From IMG/VR virus record IMGVR_UViG_3300003322_000872, positions 612 to 64,611 of that record: a stretch of DNA of 64,000 nucleotides; one strand, written 5' to 3'. Shown here piece by piece: positions 10,601-19,492 of this stretch (the stretch's first letter is position 1; each line of letters begins with the position of its first letter). Origin of the DNA: a virus. Below the pieces are notes generated by a model, which saw only the letters and a list, made by a program, of their open reading frames with translations, was not told where the DNA came from and searched no databases. The position numbers and the translations under genes were made by a program.

Positions 10601-11531
10601 TATTGAGCGCTGTGATCAGGCTTTCGATCGACGTGCGCAGGCCTTCGGTTGCACCCTTCCCGAGCTCGAAGAGATTGCCCCATGTGTTGCCGAGCGCATC
10701 CAAAGCCCCGCCGAGCTCTTGGCGCGCGGCTATAGCCGACCCACCAAATTCCCGTTGCAATTCATCAAGGATGACCGCCTGTGCTCGCGCCAATTGGTTG
10801 GAGTTGACAAAGCCGGTGATCATCTGCTTTTGAGTATCGGTGAATTGGATACCAACACGGCTCAGAGCCGAGATGCCTTGGATAGGATCATTGAGTGCCT
10901 TGCCAACCTGTATGGTAGCACCCTGTAGATCACCCCCCATCGCGGTAGCTAGATCAAGGATCGATTTCTGGGCGCGTTCGAACGTTGTCCCTTTAATCGA
11001 GGTGAACGTGAGCAATAGCGCTTGGGACTTTCCGATTGCATCATCCTCAAATGATGTAACAGCCTGCAGAGCAGCTGACATATTGTTCAGCGACTCTAAT
11101 GTTTGCCCCGCCGCCGCGCCTGTGCTTCGGATGACCGCAGCTAATTGGGCCTGGACCTTATTGGCTTCGATCGTATTGGTAACAAATTGCTTCATTGCGA
11201 TAATGGAGCCTAGGAAGGCCCCAAGCGCCGCGATCACCCCGCCCATGATGGCGATGAATCGACCAAATCCAGCTGTCACAATTGACAGATTACTCGCCAT
11301 GGCGTTGAAGCCATTAGACGTTCCATTGATCGAATTGCCAAGGTTCTTGAGATTGTCATTTGCTGCCCTACCAGCATCCCCAGCCTGACCCAGCGCACGC
11401 TTGGCTCGATCAACTTTCTGCTCGGTAGCGACAGCTGCATCACCAATCTCACCGAGAGTCCTTTTAACAACTGCCCCACCGGTCTGAGCTCCGGTGGGGT
11501 CAATACCAATCGCGATACTGCGGTCAACCAT
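7677..11531 (-). CDS. Tape measure protein with an embedded phage-tail lysozyme domain
   Basis: 1284 aa, Ala/Gly-rich helical; GATIQVGKALNDPIQG TMP motif; ISAIMGNIKAESSFNP...GLAQWND lysozyme motif; C-terminal FATGGVV...GERGPEAIMPL. Confidence 0.93.
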   Translation of the reverse strand: MVDRSIAIGIDPTGAQTGGAVVKRTLGEIGDAAVATEQKVDRAKRALGQAGDAGRAANDNLKNLGNSINGTSNGFNAMASNLSIVTAGFGRFIAIMGGVIAALGAFLGSIIAMKQFVTNTIEANKVQAQLAAVIRSTGAAAGQTLESLNNMSAALQAVTSFEDDAIGKSQALLLTFTSIKGTTFERAQKSILDLATAMGGDLQGATIQVGKALNDPIQGISALSRVGIQFTDTQKQMITGFVNSNQLARAQAVILDELQREFGGSAIAARQELGGALDALGNTWGNLFELGKGATEGLRTSIESLITALNNPAFQSFVTIVGTGFVTALQNVVDIATQVVNVISLINENLEKIAPYATAAGAALLVAFGPAMATSLGTIVTLMGEGFVSAIGAATSAMITFTLSNPFTAILEGIVLAVTAIYYFRDEIKKAIGVDVGDILKTVGNTIINSFRAAFDDVKTVVQNFPTIIGAAMIGMVNIIIENLNSLINAFRFAIDKMIAVANYIPGVNLQRLNLDENILPPLENPYFEQLKTMMDEREKRIKDIMSSDPLGDMFGHKGDLSKPGATPTTTIPGTTPGAADDTQKMSDALTALVKSAQDNIREQQTLATQLKMTGYEASVYAEQMKLINQAAAQNISLTPQQAAALKALGEEMARLKSITAAETMIQDQSKQMDTLIRERELIHASAEERARGLAILQAEQAMTEKGIDLNSQYAQTIKNNAAALAQAKLENERMQAAWQSWQQTGSSMVDTLVNGMTTVGSSWKDTLKNMGMQFLQFFNQLAIANPIKNALFGTNLPTISDLFSGKPLSALAGAQTTASMNVTAGTVFVNGAVPGLGGLPGMFPTAPGAAANAVTNGVRPTLTNNGIVNNPVAAAAVNGVRPEYVAGQLVNGTASQLSTTTVAGMPAGLSANEQLVWQHFAAQGLPNYQISAIMGNIKAESSFNPGIVGDNGNALGLAQWNDRGPAMQRFVGADWRTNPQGQLAFMDHEFATSESASWARLRSSTNVTEANNAMLGYERPSGYSATNPMGASQYTNRLNYSNQYLQGSQTAGQQTNLLPAAQTANQSLSKLSTTSAKTDTNIGQLASSATDTSKALTTSTSSVASSATSLASTTAQVPQQTQGLLGTLTSSLGNLFKSIGSGIGNIFGSLFGGLFANGAAFSNGQVTAFATGGVVDRPTLFPMASGIGLMGERGPEAIMPLMRGRNGRLGISAYGNDNRPPSNTNIHITYESHVRVDGVRDKELLEQIHKNTNEQIEQGMGHFSREVLPERMRDIKNDKWARG

Positions 11532-11852
11532 TTTCTTTCCTTGGTGCGCTTTTGATATTGTGGTCGTCTAAGCGTTTTATGATGTGGAGAAATTCGATCC
11601 TTTCATCAAGATCGTAAATCTGGTGGAAATCACAAAATGCTGCTATCTCCGATATTGTTATCCCCGAGGGGCCGGCAAAGCCCTGGCTTCGACCAGAGGC
11701 CAAGATGGTATACGACTCCAGGAACCATGTAAGATATTCTGGTAGAACCGGTCGCCGTAACCATGCTTTGGTCTCTATCCCTTTTGCTGCGAGGTTGGCA
11801 AACCAGTCGATATGATTGCCAAACTCACGATACCAGTCCAGGGCTGGTATCA
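11524..11852 (-). CDS. Tail assembly chaperone extension (GT-like), made by -1 frameshift
   Basis: Frame continues ...VGK-LIPALDWYREF... after slippage at GGGAAAC; overlaps the TMP start. Confidence 0.8.
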
Positions 11853-12272
11853 GTTTCCCACGACGTCCTCGATGACCGACTTGCGGAACAGAGATGCATC
11901 CTGTGCGGCCACCCGGATATCCTGCATGAGTACCGGAAGATCGAGTAGCAGCTGTTTCGCATTGTCGACCGTGAACTCCAACAGCTGGCCGTCCCGCCCA
12001 CGTATCTCCTCCCAACGGAGAAGGATTGTGCGGGCGAAGATGTCAGCTTCCAGATTGCGCGCCACCTCGTTGTCCAGAGTATTATTCTGGATTTGCCGAG
12101 TGTACGGCTTCATCTGGGCATTGTAATAGTTGATGAACTTCTGGTTCGCTCCCCCGGCGCGGGCGATCCAAATCTTGCCGACTGGACCATAGTCCAAGCA
12201 GATACCCTCATCTGCTTCAGCCTTGGGGGAGGTTTCGAACGCCTTGTAGATACTTGGTACTTCGTTAGACAC
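11850..12272 (-). CDS. Tail assembly chaperone (G-like)
   Basis: 140 aa; IARAGGANQKF...LLRWEEI motif; lies between tail tube and TMP. Confidence 0.85.
   Translation of the reverse strand: MSNEVPSIYKAFETSPKAEADEGICLDYGPVGKIWIARAGGANQKFINYYNAQMKPYTRQIQNNTLDNEVARNLEADIFARTILLRWEEIRGRDGQLLEFTVDNAKQLLLDLPVLMQDIRVAAQDASLFRKSVIEDVVGN
11853..11859 (-). other. Programmed -1 frameshift slippery site G GGA AAC
   Basis: X XXY YYZ heptamer immediately before the TGA of the chaperone gene; the -1 frame is open for ~110 codons (lambda G/GT arrangement). Confidence 0.85.
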
Positions 12273-12339
12273 TTCTTATTCCTTTCGCTGGTTGGTGGGC
12301 GGGGACACCAGCGATTGCCCCCGCCCGATGGCAGAGGGA

Positions 12340-12540
12340 TTACTCCTCGGAGGAGGTGGGTTCGCTCGCCGCTGGGCGAGCCCTCGAGGAAGAGCGTACC
12401 CGCTCAGCCAATCCTTTGGCTTCCCAATTGTCGGCGTCTTCCACCGACACCGACACTGTTGTATCGGGTTCAAAGAACTCTTCTTTCCCGGTCTCATCGT
12501 CCCTGGAAAAAGCTTGGAGAATTTTGACTTCTACACTCAT
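12340..12540 (-). CDS. Small hypothetical protein
   Basis: 66 aa, start overlaps the tail-tube stop. Confidence 0.55.
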   Translation of the reverse strand: MSVEVKILQAFSRDDETGKEEFFEPDTTVSVSVEDADNWEAKGLAERVRSSSRARPAASEPTSSEE

Positions 12541-13493
12541 GCGACGGCCCTATCGATCTGGAGGGAGGTGGCCTTGGACGTCAGGCGATCATAGATCGCG
12601 GTGAAGTTCATTTTGGCCATGACATCCTGGTCATTGCCGGCGGTTTCAATGCCGGGATCACCGGTAAGCTTGATCGTCGGAAGCCAGAAATGATATTTCT
12701 TGAGAGTCGTGCTCCCAAGGATGAAATCGAGTGCCACATCGCTGTGATTGAGATAGGCGTCCAGCAGATTGCCGGAATCGAAATAGGCCGTGAGCGAACC
12801 GGTAATTTCACACCGCCCCGGCGCGATGCCGATGTTGTCGAGGACACCGAGCTGACGCTGACCGCGCAAAGAGTTCTTGACCGATATGGAAAGCTCGGTC
12901 AAACGGGGGGCGGGGCTTCCCATGCCTGTTGCCGACAGCGTGCCGAACTCGGTGACAGCGGCCATGACCGGTTCACTTGATACGGCGGCATAGGTCGCGC
13001 CGGTGATCGCCGTGGTGGACCGACCGCCGAACTTGCCCATGAAATTCATGTTGCCTTTGATGATATCGTCGGCGGTGATATTCAAGGACAGCTCATCGAC
13101 CACAGCGCCGGTAAAGCGCTGGTAGTCCGGTGTGCCGGTGTTGATCTTGCGCTCAATGGTGAAGGACTGGCCCGCCCCCGCGCCGACCTTGATCGTATTG
13201 GACGACCATGAAGAAAACAGCAGGGACTCGATAAAGGAATCCAGCAGCCCGTAGGAGAGCTCGAACGAAAGCTGTCCATTGGTGTTGCGGCCGACCTGCA
13301 GCTCGTCCATCACATTGCGATTGGAATTGATTTCATCCGATCGCTTGGTGGTCTTTGCCGGCTTGAGATTTTCGCTTGTCAGCCGCATGGTATTGAACGC
13401 AGGCGTGGCAGGCGTTGTGCCCCATGCCGTCTCGATAATATGCGCGACACGGCTTTCGCTTGCACTCGCGCCAGCACGAATTCCTGTGGTCAT
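12537..13493 (-). CDS. Major tail tube protein
   Basis: 318 aa; E..WGTTPATP...RLTSENLK and GRCEITGSLTAYF motifs; highly expressed codon style; synteny. Confidence 0.88.
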   Translation of the reverse strand: MTTGIRAGASASESRVAHIIETAWGTTPATPAFNTMRLTSENLKPAKTTKRSDEINSNRNVMDELQVGRNTNGQLSFELSYGLLDSFIESLLFSSWSSNTIKVGAGAGQSFTIERKINTGTPDYQRFTGAVVDELSLNITADDIIKGNMNFMGKFGGRSTTAITGATYAAVSSEPVMAAVTEFGTLSATGMGSPAPRLTELSISVKNSLRGQRQLGVLDNIGIAPGRCEITGSLTAYFDSGNLLDAYLNHSDVALDFILGSTTLKKYHFWLPTIKLTGDPGIETAGNDQDVMAKMNFTAIYDRLTSKATSLQIDRAVA

Positions 13494-13505
13494 TGCTCGT
13501 ATCCT

Positions 13506-13913
13506 TTACCCGTTAAACTCGTCGCGCGTGAAGGGACACATCATCGTGCGAGATGTGAATGCACCCATCTCCTGCGGCGCACCACTAACGTAAGGCACCA
13601 GGAAACGGACGTTCTCGATGGTCCGGTTACGGAACGCAGCCTCGATCGCTTCGGCATACGTTGTGAACCCAACCTGCCCTGCCCCGGTTGGGACATGGAC
13701 CTGTATAGCCACGACACCCACGTGGCGAATGACATTGCTACCCGGTGCACCAACCGAACGGTTCTGGGCTTCTCCGTTAAGGATCGATACCCTGCACCAA
13801 ACTTGATCTTCTGGCGCGGTAAAATCCTCATCATCATATTGCACCGGAGTCAAGCTACCCCATGCGTTGACAAAAGCCGTTTGAACAATAACTCGCTCAG
13901 TTTCATAGCTCAT
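13506..13913 (-). CDS. Tail terminator protein (DUF4128-like)
   Basis: 135 aa; GVVAIQVHVPTGAG motif; directly upstream of the tube gene. Confidence 0.75.
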   Translation of the reverse strand: MSYETERVIVQTAFVNAWGSLTPVQYDDEDFTAPEDQVWCRVSILNGEAQNRSVGAPGSNVIRHVGVVAIQVHVPTGAGQVGFTTYAEAIEAAFRNRTIENVRFLVPYVSGAPQEMGAFTSRTMMCPFTRDEFNG

Positions 13914-14329
13914 TTGCTACCCTCCCTGGCTGGAGGGATAAGCATGGCCTGGAGTTCGGCATAGGTAACTGCCACTACCCCGGCGGGAGCCTGCTGGGAA
14001 TGTCCATTCTCCAACGCCGAAGCATAGGGCAGATGGTTGGACAGCCAAACGATTTGTTTTGCATCGGCCTTATCGATAACTGCGGAACCACGCGCGATTG
14101 TGGTGTCTCCAGTCTTGTCCGTGGTGTCTTCCCCGGCGATGGGGGACCCAAAGGATACCGACCAATTTCCGCGGAAGCGTCCGGTGTCTACAGGGGATTT
14201 CATGACAACCCGCTTAAGGGCCTCGAGCGCGAACTTGCGCACGACTATGTTGAGATACGGCTGTATCTCTTCATCGAAGGCGCTCAAAAGATCAAGTTTG
14301 AAGTCCCGGGCTGTATTGCTCGTGCTCAT
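13910..14329 (-). CDS. HK97 gp10-like neck protein
   Basis: SPVDTGRFRGNW and NHLPYASALENGHSQQAPAG motifs. Confidence 0.88.
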   Translation of the reverse strand: MSTSNTARDFKLDLLSAFDEEIQPYLNIVVRKFALEALKRVVMKSPVDTGRFRGNWSVSFGSPIAGEDTTDKTGDTTIARGSAVIDKADAKQIVWLSNHLPYASALENGHSQQAPAGVVAVTYAELQAMLIPPAREGSK

Positions 14330-14694
14330 ATCAACACCGCCCTGTAACCTTTGCCAGCGGCCAGGAGGTCTAACACCGCCCCTATCTTACGAGTCGTGAG
14401 TCCCTCCACAGCGACTGTGTCGCCCTCCTGTGGTGCCCATTGCAAACCTTCCAAGAGGACGAGGCGTTCGGTGCCGGTGACCACATAAGCAGGGAATACA
14501 TTGCGAATGGCCTGTTCATTTTCCACAACGGCACGGCCCGTTTGGGTGGTAGTCGATGCCGGAGTACGGACGCCTGTGGTCGGGTTGAAAGACCCAACAG
14601 TTGTGCGTGTGATGGTAACAGGCTTGATAACGCCTTCCAGCTTGGCGCTAACCCCGTCGTATGCCTTCTTGAGGATATCACCAACGTTCATCAC
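14326..14694 (-). CDS. Head-closure protein
   Basis: 122 aa; VTITR...G.FNP.TG motif; synteny. Confidence 0.7.
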   Translation of the reverse strand: MMNVGDILKKAYDGVSAKLEGVIKPVTITRTTVGSFNPTTGVRTPASTTTQTGRAVVENEQAIRNVFPAYVVTGTERLVLLEGLQWAPQEGDTVAVEGLTTRKIGAVLDLLAAGKGYRAVLI

Positions 14695-15185
14695 ACCCTC
14701 AACACATCGAGCTCGGCGACACCGAAGGCTTCTTCGAACAGTACCGAAATAAGATCGTTGATCTTGCGATAGGTCGTACCCGTCGACGCGCTATCCGCAT
14801 ATTCGGTTTCGACCTCAGCCGGACCAGCCTTAACCCGTTCGCGCTTTACCGCACCACCACGATCCAGGTTTGGACGGAGATCGATGCCTTGCACAAGGAG
14901 GAGCGCAGCCTCGTAGGTCGCAGCTTCAATCTCCCGAGGAACGATCGTATCGTCCAATTCCTCACCATCTAAATAGACACCAGTTGCGGGCCAATAGCGA
15001 ATTTGCGTTCGCCCCCCGGTCGGCTTGCCAGCAAACTGCTTGGCAAAAGAATCGATATACTCAGAGGCATTGATCAAGGCCTGTGTACGGATCGTGTCGT
15101 TGGCCGCCGCCCCCCAAGCAGCGTTACCGCGCTCAGTATGGTATGCAGCCGCATCGACCAATGTTCCGTAAAAAGGCGTTGTCAT
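14691..15185 (-). CDS. Head-tail adaptor (DnaT-like family)
   Basis: YGTLVDAAAYHTERG...ALINASEYID...WP...VPREIEAATYEAAL...KRERVKAGPAEVETEY. Confidence 0.8.
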   Translation of the reverse strand: MTTPFYGTLVDAAAYHTERGNAAWGAAANDTIRTQALINASEYIDSFAKQFAGKPTGGRTQIRYWPATGVYLDGEELDDTIVPREIEAATYEAALLLVQGIDLRPNLDRGGAVKRERVKAGPAEVETEYADSASTGTTYRKINDLISVLFEEAFGVAELDVLRV

Positions 15186-15628
15186 TTATTCAGCCTCTCC
15201 ACCTGTATTTCCCCACCACAGTTAACATCCATGATGATCGCTGCCTTTACAGCAGCTTCTGCGGATGCTCCGACTGCCATGGCACCAAGCGCGTACTCCG
15301 AGCCTGACCCAATCGCAAAGAAATCGGCCGCAACATCATAGTAGCCACTGCTATCAACAACACGGATACGACCAGAGGGAAATACCCAAAGACACTGACC
15401 ATCGGAATCACCTTCCTCTGTTTTATCTGGTTTGGGCATATCTTCTTCTGAGCCACCGCCCACGAACCATGCCATCCACCTTTGGGTAAAACTGGTCAAG
15501 CCAGCTGCTCCACCCAAAGAACCGTCAGTTCGCTTACCAATCTTTTTGCAAGTGCCATAGCGAGTAAAATCCGCAGTAATCTGCGAGTCCGACGCCATGG
15601 CACCATCCCGGTAAGCAATAACAGTCAT
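15182..15628 (-). CDS. Proteasome-beta/HslV-like Ntn-hydrolase
   Basis: Met-Thr start (TVIAY), DSQ, KK and FAIGSGS..ALGAM...D..CGG: the motif set of Thr-nucleophile proteases. Confidence 0.75.
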   Translation of the reverse strand: MTVIAYRDGAMASDSQITADFTRYGTCKKIGKRTDGSLGGAAGLTSFTQRWMAWFVGGGSEEDMPKPDKTEEGDSDGQCLWVFPSGRIRVVDSSGYYDVAADFFAIGSGSEYALGAMAVGASAEAAVKAAIIMDVNCGGEIQVERLNK

Positions 15629-16374
15629 TCGCCGCCCTTCTGACGTTCTTCGGCAGCTTCGTCGATCAGCTTCTGGAGATGCTCAACCGACCAGCGCTTG
15701 TTGGCGGGTTGGCCAGTTGCCATCTTATATTCTTCCCGCTTCTGGTCGATGTTGATCTCCGGCGCTTCGGCATCGCCGACGCGTTCGGCTTCCTGGGGCT
15801 TGTGGCCTTCGGGCTGGTCCAGGTTCTCATCGCCTTCGGAATCGACGAGATAACCGCCCTCGATTTCCTTGAGGCCCTTGGCCTTGCCTTCGGGATCGCG
15901 GCCCATCTGCACCGCCTGAACATTGCGGGACTCTTCCGGCGGCACACCACCATCGCCGGTTTCACCATGAAGCTGCAGGGCCTCATCGACACGATGACCG
16001 GGGGGCTGGCGGAGATGGTCCTGGACGTCCGGCCGGATTTTCACCAGATCGGGGTCTTCGCCCTTGCCGGGTTCGCCGGGTTCCTCGCCGTCATGACGCA
16101 CCGGAATGGGATTGTTGATCGGCGACGTCTGCTCGTCGAGGCGCGCGACTTCTGGCGCGAGTATCTCGACCTTGCGGTTGATAACCTCGGCGCGGGCCGC
16201 ACGGATTTCGTCGTAGGACATCGGTGCCGCCGTACCCGACGCATATCGTGCTGCGCGCTGAGCCAGCAGCTCGTTGCGCTGCTTTACCCGCTCGGCCGTT
16301 TCCTGCTCATTGCGGAAGTTGGCCTGTGCCTCGGTTTCCTCGACGACCGCCTGCTTCTTTGAATTCTCAGCCAT
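15625..16374 (-). CDS. Hypothetical virion-associated protein with a C-terminal HeH/LEM-like motif
   Basis: 249 aa, acidic/low complexity; ends YKMATGQPANKRWSVEHLQKLIDE; follows the capsid gene. Confidence 0.55.
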   Translation of the reverse strand: MAENSKKQAVVEETEAQANFRNEQETAERVKQRNELLAQRAARYASGTAAPMSYDEIRAARAEVINRKVEILAPEVARLDEQTSPINNPIPVRHDGEEPGEPGKGEDPDLVKIRPDVQDHLRQPPGHRVDEALQLHGETGDGGVPPEESRNVQAVQMGRDPEGKAKGLKEIEGGYLVDSEGDENLDQPEGHKPQEAERVGDAEAPEINIDQKREEYKMATGQPANKRWSVEHLQKLIDEAAEERQKGGE

Positions 16375-16433
16375 TGGCTTTCTCCATTATTCGCTAGAGA
16401 TCAGAGGGCCCTTCGGCCCCCTGATAATGGATA

Positions 16434-17408
16434 TTAGGCCAGCTTGTGCTTGAAGGCGACCATGCGGATTTGCTTGGCCTCGTACACGCGCGACCAGTTG
16501 CCGGCGGTTGCGAGCTCTGCATTGGTCGGCGTATCTGCGGCCGCCGTTCCGATCCACTTGATACCACGCGGATGCAGCGTGAAGTGCCGGCGCGAGATCA
16601 GATATTCTTCACCACCGCCGACGAGGCCGTTACGCTCGGTTTCGGTCGGCACCTTGGGAGTACCTTCGCCGAAGCCGATCGCGCCGGGGCCGAAGAAATA
16701 GGTGGTATAGACGCCAGAGGAAACCGGCATGCCGTCGTCGATGATCACACGCTTGCCCATGTACATGGCAACCGGCTTGTTGTCGGAATCCAGCACGTAG
16801 TCGATCAGGTTGAGCTTGCGGAACAGGCGCTCCGTGTTGGAGTGCATGGCGACGGCGGTGAGCACACCTTCAGCGTCGCCGAGCATGCCCATCGCGTCGA
16901 TGACTGCTTCCCCGTCGGCGACTGCCGCCGCGCCGGACAGACCCGAGATATCGTAGATGTTCACGTCCGGGGACTCGGCCGCGAGCGCGCCGAAGGCACC
17001 GGCCAGAACGGAGATCAGTGCGGCCTGCATCCGGCGGGACCATTTGGCAGCATAGAGGTCGCCGATAGCAGTCATCGGATCGGAACCAGCCAGCGGACCG
17101 ACGAGGTCCTTGGCGCCATAGACCAGCGCACGGGCATTCAGAACGGCGACGTCCTTGGCCGAGGTGATGTTGCCGACGGTCAGGTTGGTGTTGGTCGAGA
17201 GGATTTGATCATTGCCGGCCAGGTCGTTCCAGAAGGGCATCTGGATTTTGTTGCCGCCCTGCTGGGAATTGACATCACCCATGTCCAGCTCGGGAACCGG
17301 GGCAACGATGCCGGAGGTCCAGAGAGCGGAAAGCTCGGCGGTACGATTGATCACATAAGGGGTGAACACATCCGGAACGATTGCGTCCGAGAGAACTGTG
17401 GAAGCCAT
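16434..17408 (-). CDS. Major capsid protein
   Basis: 324 aa; LSDAIVPDVFTPYV...MPFWNDL...SRRHFTLHPRG motifs; strong codon bias; follows scaffold. Confidence 0.92.
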   Translation of the reverse strand: MASTVLSDAIVPDVFTPYVINRTAELSALWTSGIVAPVPELDMGDVNSQQGGNKIQMPFWNDLAGNDQILSTNTNLTVGNITSAKDVAVLNARALVYGAKDLVGPLAGSDPMTAIGDLYAAKWSRRMQAALISVLAGAFGALAAESPDVNIYDISGLSGAAAVADGEAVIDAMGMLGDAEGVLTAVAMHSNTERLFRKLNLIDYVLDSDNKPVAMYMGKRVIIDDGMPVSSGVYTTYFFGPGAIGFGEGTPKVPTETERNGLVGGGEEYLISRRHFTLHPRGIKWIGTAAADTPTNAELATAGNWSRVYEAKQIRMVAFKHKLA

Positions 17409-17462
17409 GGTGAAGCTACTCCTGTCGCATGACTTGGTTTCGATTTGGGGAAATTGTTACCA

Positions 17463-17598
17463 GATCAGGCACAGCGCTAATCAGGGCGAGGGCACAGCGC
17501 CTCAGGAGTTTTTCCCTTCCCGGCACAGCGCGGGCAGGGAGCTAGGGCCGACAGGCCCTAGTAGTCTACGACATCGGATAAGGCACAGCGCTTATCCG
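17463..17598 (-). promoter_or_regulatory. Four hairpins sharing the sequence GCGCUGUGCC in the scaffold-capsid intergenic leader
   Basis: GGCACAGCGC at 17468, 17491, 17522 and 17582 (plus strand), each closed by a different stem. Confidence 0.75.
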
Positions 17599-18455
17599 AG
17601 CGCATGCGTAGCAGCAAGGGCCGTAGCGCCATCCTTGAAACCAGCGGCCTGAGCCAGCCGGTTAAGCTTGACGGCATCCGAACGAAGCCTTGCCTGCTCC
17701 GTCTTGTTCCAATGCTCCTTGCTGAATGGGTTCGTGCCGCCGCCAGTATTCTGGTTGTTGCGCTTCCCACTCGGGTCGGGGCCGGTTGGCAGCGAGACAT
17801 AAATCTTGCCGTCGTCCGAATTGGACCAAGTGGAAATATAGTCCATAACCGACGCTTCGCCTAGATCGGTTTTAAAGAAAGTCCGAATATTTTTTTCATC
17901 ATCCATGTCGAACTGGATTTTGGCGCTGTGAAGCGCACGGACGGCGGGCCGGAACTTGGGGTCGATATTGGCCTTGTCCATCGCGGAATCCAGATCGATC
18001 TCGGCCTTGTCACGACCACGCGCCTTGTTGAGCTCGTCGATGGTGGCGTCCTTGGCGGCAATGTCCGTCGAATATTTGACCTTCAGATTGGCGATCTGGG
18101 TTTCATAGTTGGACTTGAGTGCGGCAAGTCGTTCGTTCTCCTTGTCATGCTTTTTCTTCTTGCCCTCGGGGTCGTTCGGGTCGATCTCGTCCTCCAGGGC
18201 CTTCAGCCGCAGCCATTCGTCCATGGACCAATCAGTGGGCAGATCGCCCCCGATCTTCTCCTTCAGAGCCGCGAGCTCCTGCTTGGCTGTATTGCGCTCG
18301 GCTTCCTTGCGGTCCATGGCAGTCTTCATCTGGACCACCTGCGGATGGTTGGCGACACCATCCAACTTGAGATAGAATTTGCCGTCCTTCTCCTCGTACA
18401 GGCCGCGATAGGCCTCCTCAACCTCATCGAGATTTGTAACCAGTACCTTAAGCAT
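17592..18455 (-). CDS. Capsid scaffolding protein
   Basis: 287 aa coiled-coil; YEEKDGKFYLKLDG start; C-terminal NPFSKEHWNKTEQARL; directly upstream of the capsid gene. Confidence 0.85.
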   Translation of the reverse strand: MLKVLVTNLDEVEEAYRGLYEEKDGKFYLKLDGVANHPQVVQMKTAMDRKEAERNTAKQELAALKEKIGGDLPTDWSMDEWLRLKALEDEIDPNDPEGKKKKHDKENERLAALKSNYETQIANLKVKYSTDIAAKDATIDELNKARGRDKAEIDLDSAMDKANIDPKFRPAVRALHSAKIQFDMDDEKNIRTFFKTDLGEASVMDYISTWSNSDDGKIYVSLPTGPDPSGKRNNQNTGGGTNPFSKEHWNKTEQARLRSDAVKLNRLAQAAGFKDGATALAATHALG

Positions 18456-19032
18456 GCTGTCCTTCCTTTAACCACGCCTCATCGGGCTGTCCAAAATATT
18501 CCTGAGTCCAACCCGACATCGATCGTACACGAGGAATTAGTTCATCGCGAGCCTTAATCCAGGCACCTCGATAATTATCTGCAAATTCCCAGGGCTTATC
18601 ACTAAAGAAGTGTGCCTCCTCAGCCAGTAGCGGTATTCCACATAACACAACGTTATCTCGCCATAGCTGTAAGGCAACCAAGGTAGCGAATAGCCCGGAA
18701 GAGCCCCCGCGCTCCATCCCTGCAGCCACGAGGCACCGGGGGTGATCGATACATCTGCGCTCATGGCTATTGAGGTCCCGGTGGAAATACATGCGATCGG
18801 GGTCTGGACGATCGTGCGCGCGGCGCTCGGCAAGCCAATTTATCAGTTTTTCGGGATGGAGCGATACCCAAACTGCAATCGGACCATTGTACACAACGCC
18901 TACATCATTGATGGCGACAACATTAGTTACAGAGCCGATCTGCTCCCATGCAAGAAAGTCGTCCCAGACGCATCGTGCGCCGCCAAGTATCACTGTTGCC
19001 ATGGGTTCGCTGGTCCATGTATCGATTTGCAT
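18448..19032 (-). CDS. MptE/Maf-like (DUF115-type) transferase-fold protein
   Basis: VILGGARCV...VVAIND...SLHPEKL...GGSSGLFA..VAL...VVLCGIP motif pattern. Confidence 0.55.
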   Translation of the reverse strand: MQIDTWTSEPMATVILGGARCVWDDFLAWEQIGSVTNVVAINDVGVVYNGPIAVWVSLHPEKLINWLAERRAHDRPDPDRMYFHRDLNSHERRCIDHPRCLVAAGMERGGSSGLFATLVALQLWRDNVVLCGIPLLAEEAHFFSDKPWEFADNYRGAWIKARDELIPRVRSMSGWTQEYFGQPDEAWLKEGQHA

Positions 19033-19067
19033 TCAACAATATACGTAATTCGAGTGGAAGTAAAGCA

Positions 19068-19301
19068 CTATGAAAGAACAGTGACCTTCCCGCGCATCAC
19101 ACAGTGTAGACAGACCAATACACAGGTCCCCCCGGTGATCTTGTTATCCTTTCTCATCGGAGACTGTATAGCCTTTACAGCTAATGAGGTGCCAAGTCCA
19201 ATATCTTCCTGACATACACGGCACTCTATCTGCTGATCTTTGCCACGTTTGTGATGGGACTTTGGCTTATTGCCGCCCTCGATGACTTCGAAGCGTTTCA
19301 T
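19068..19301 (-). CDS. Small putative zinc-binding protein
   Basis: 77 aa with CRVC and CLHC pairs. Confidence 0.55.
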   Translation of the reverse strand: MKRFEVIEGGNKPKSHHKRGKDQQIECRVCQEDIGLGTSLAVKAIQSPMRKDNKITGGTCVLVCLHCVMRGKVTVLS

Positions 19302-19492
19302 GCCAACCTAGCCATAACAGCTTTGCAAGCCAATTCTACAACTCTTGGAATGTAGACGGTCGACTGATTATCGAGCCGATAGCCACGTTCATAATTCTCT
19401 ATGCTCCCTTTGGACAAGCCAAGCGCTTCAGCTGCATCGGCTTGGGAATAACCGAGCTCCTTCCGCCATTTCTTGAACTCTTCGTTTGTCAC
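19298..19492 (-). CDS. XRE-family helix-turn-helix protein
   Basis: FKKWRKELGYSQADAAEALGLSKGSIENYERG. Confidence 0.85.
   Translation of the reverse strand: MTNEEFKKWRKELGYSQADAAEALGLSKGSIENYERGYRLDNQSTVYIPRVVELACKAVMARLA

Noticed and set aside
19298-19492. Lysogeny repressor or evidence of a temperate lifestyle
   Set aside because: It is a lone 64-aa HTH without a peptidase domain, divergent cro or integrase in the window.
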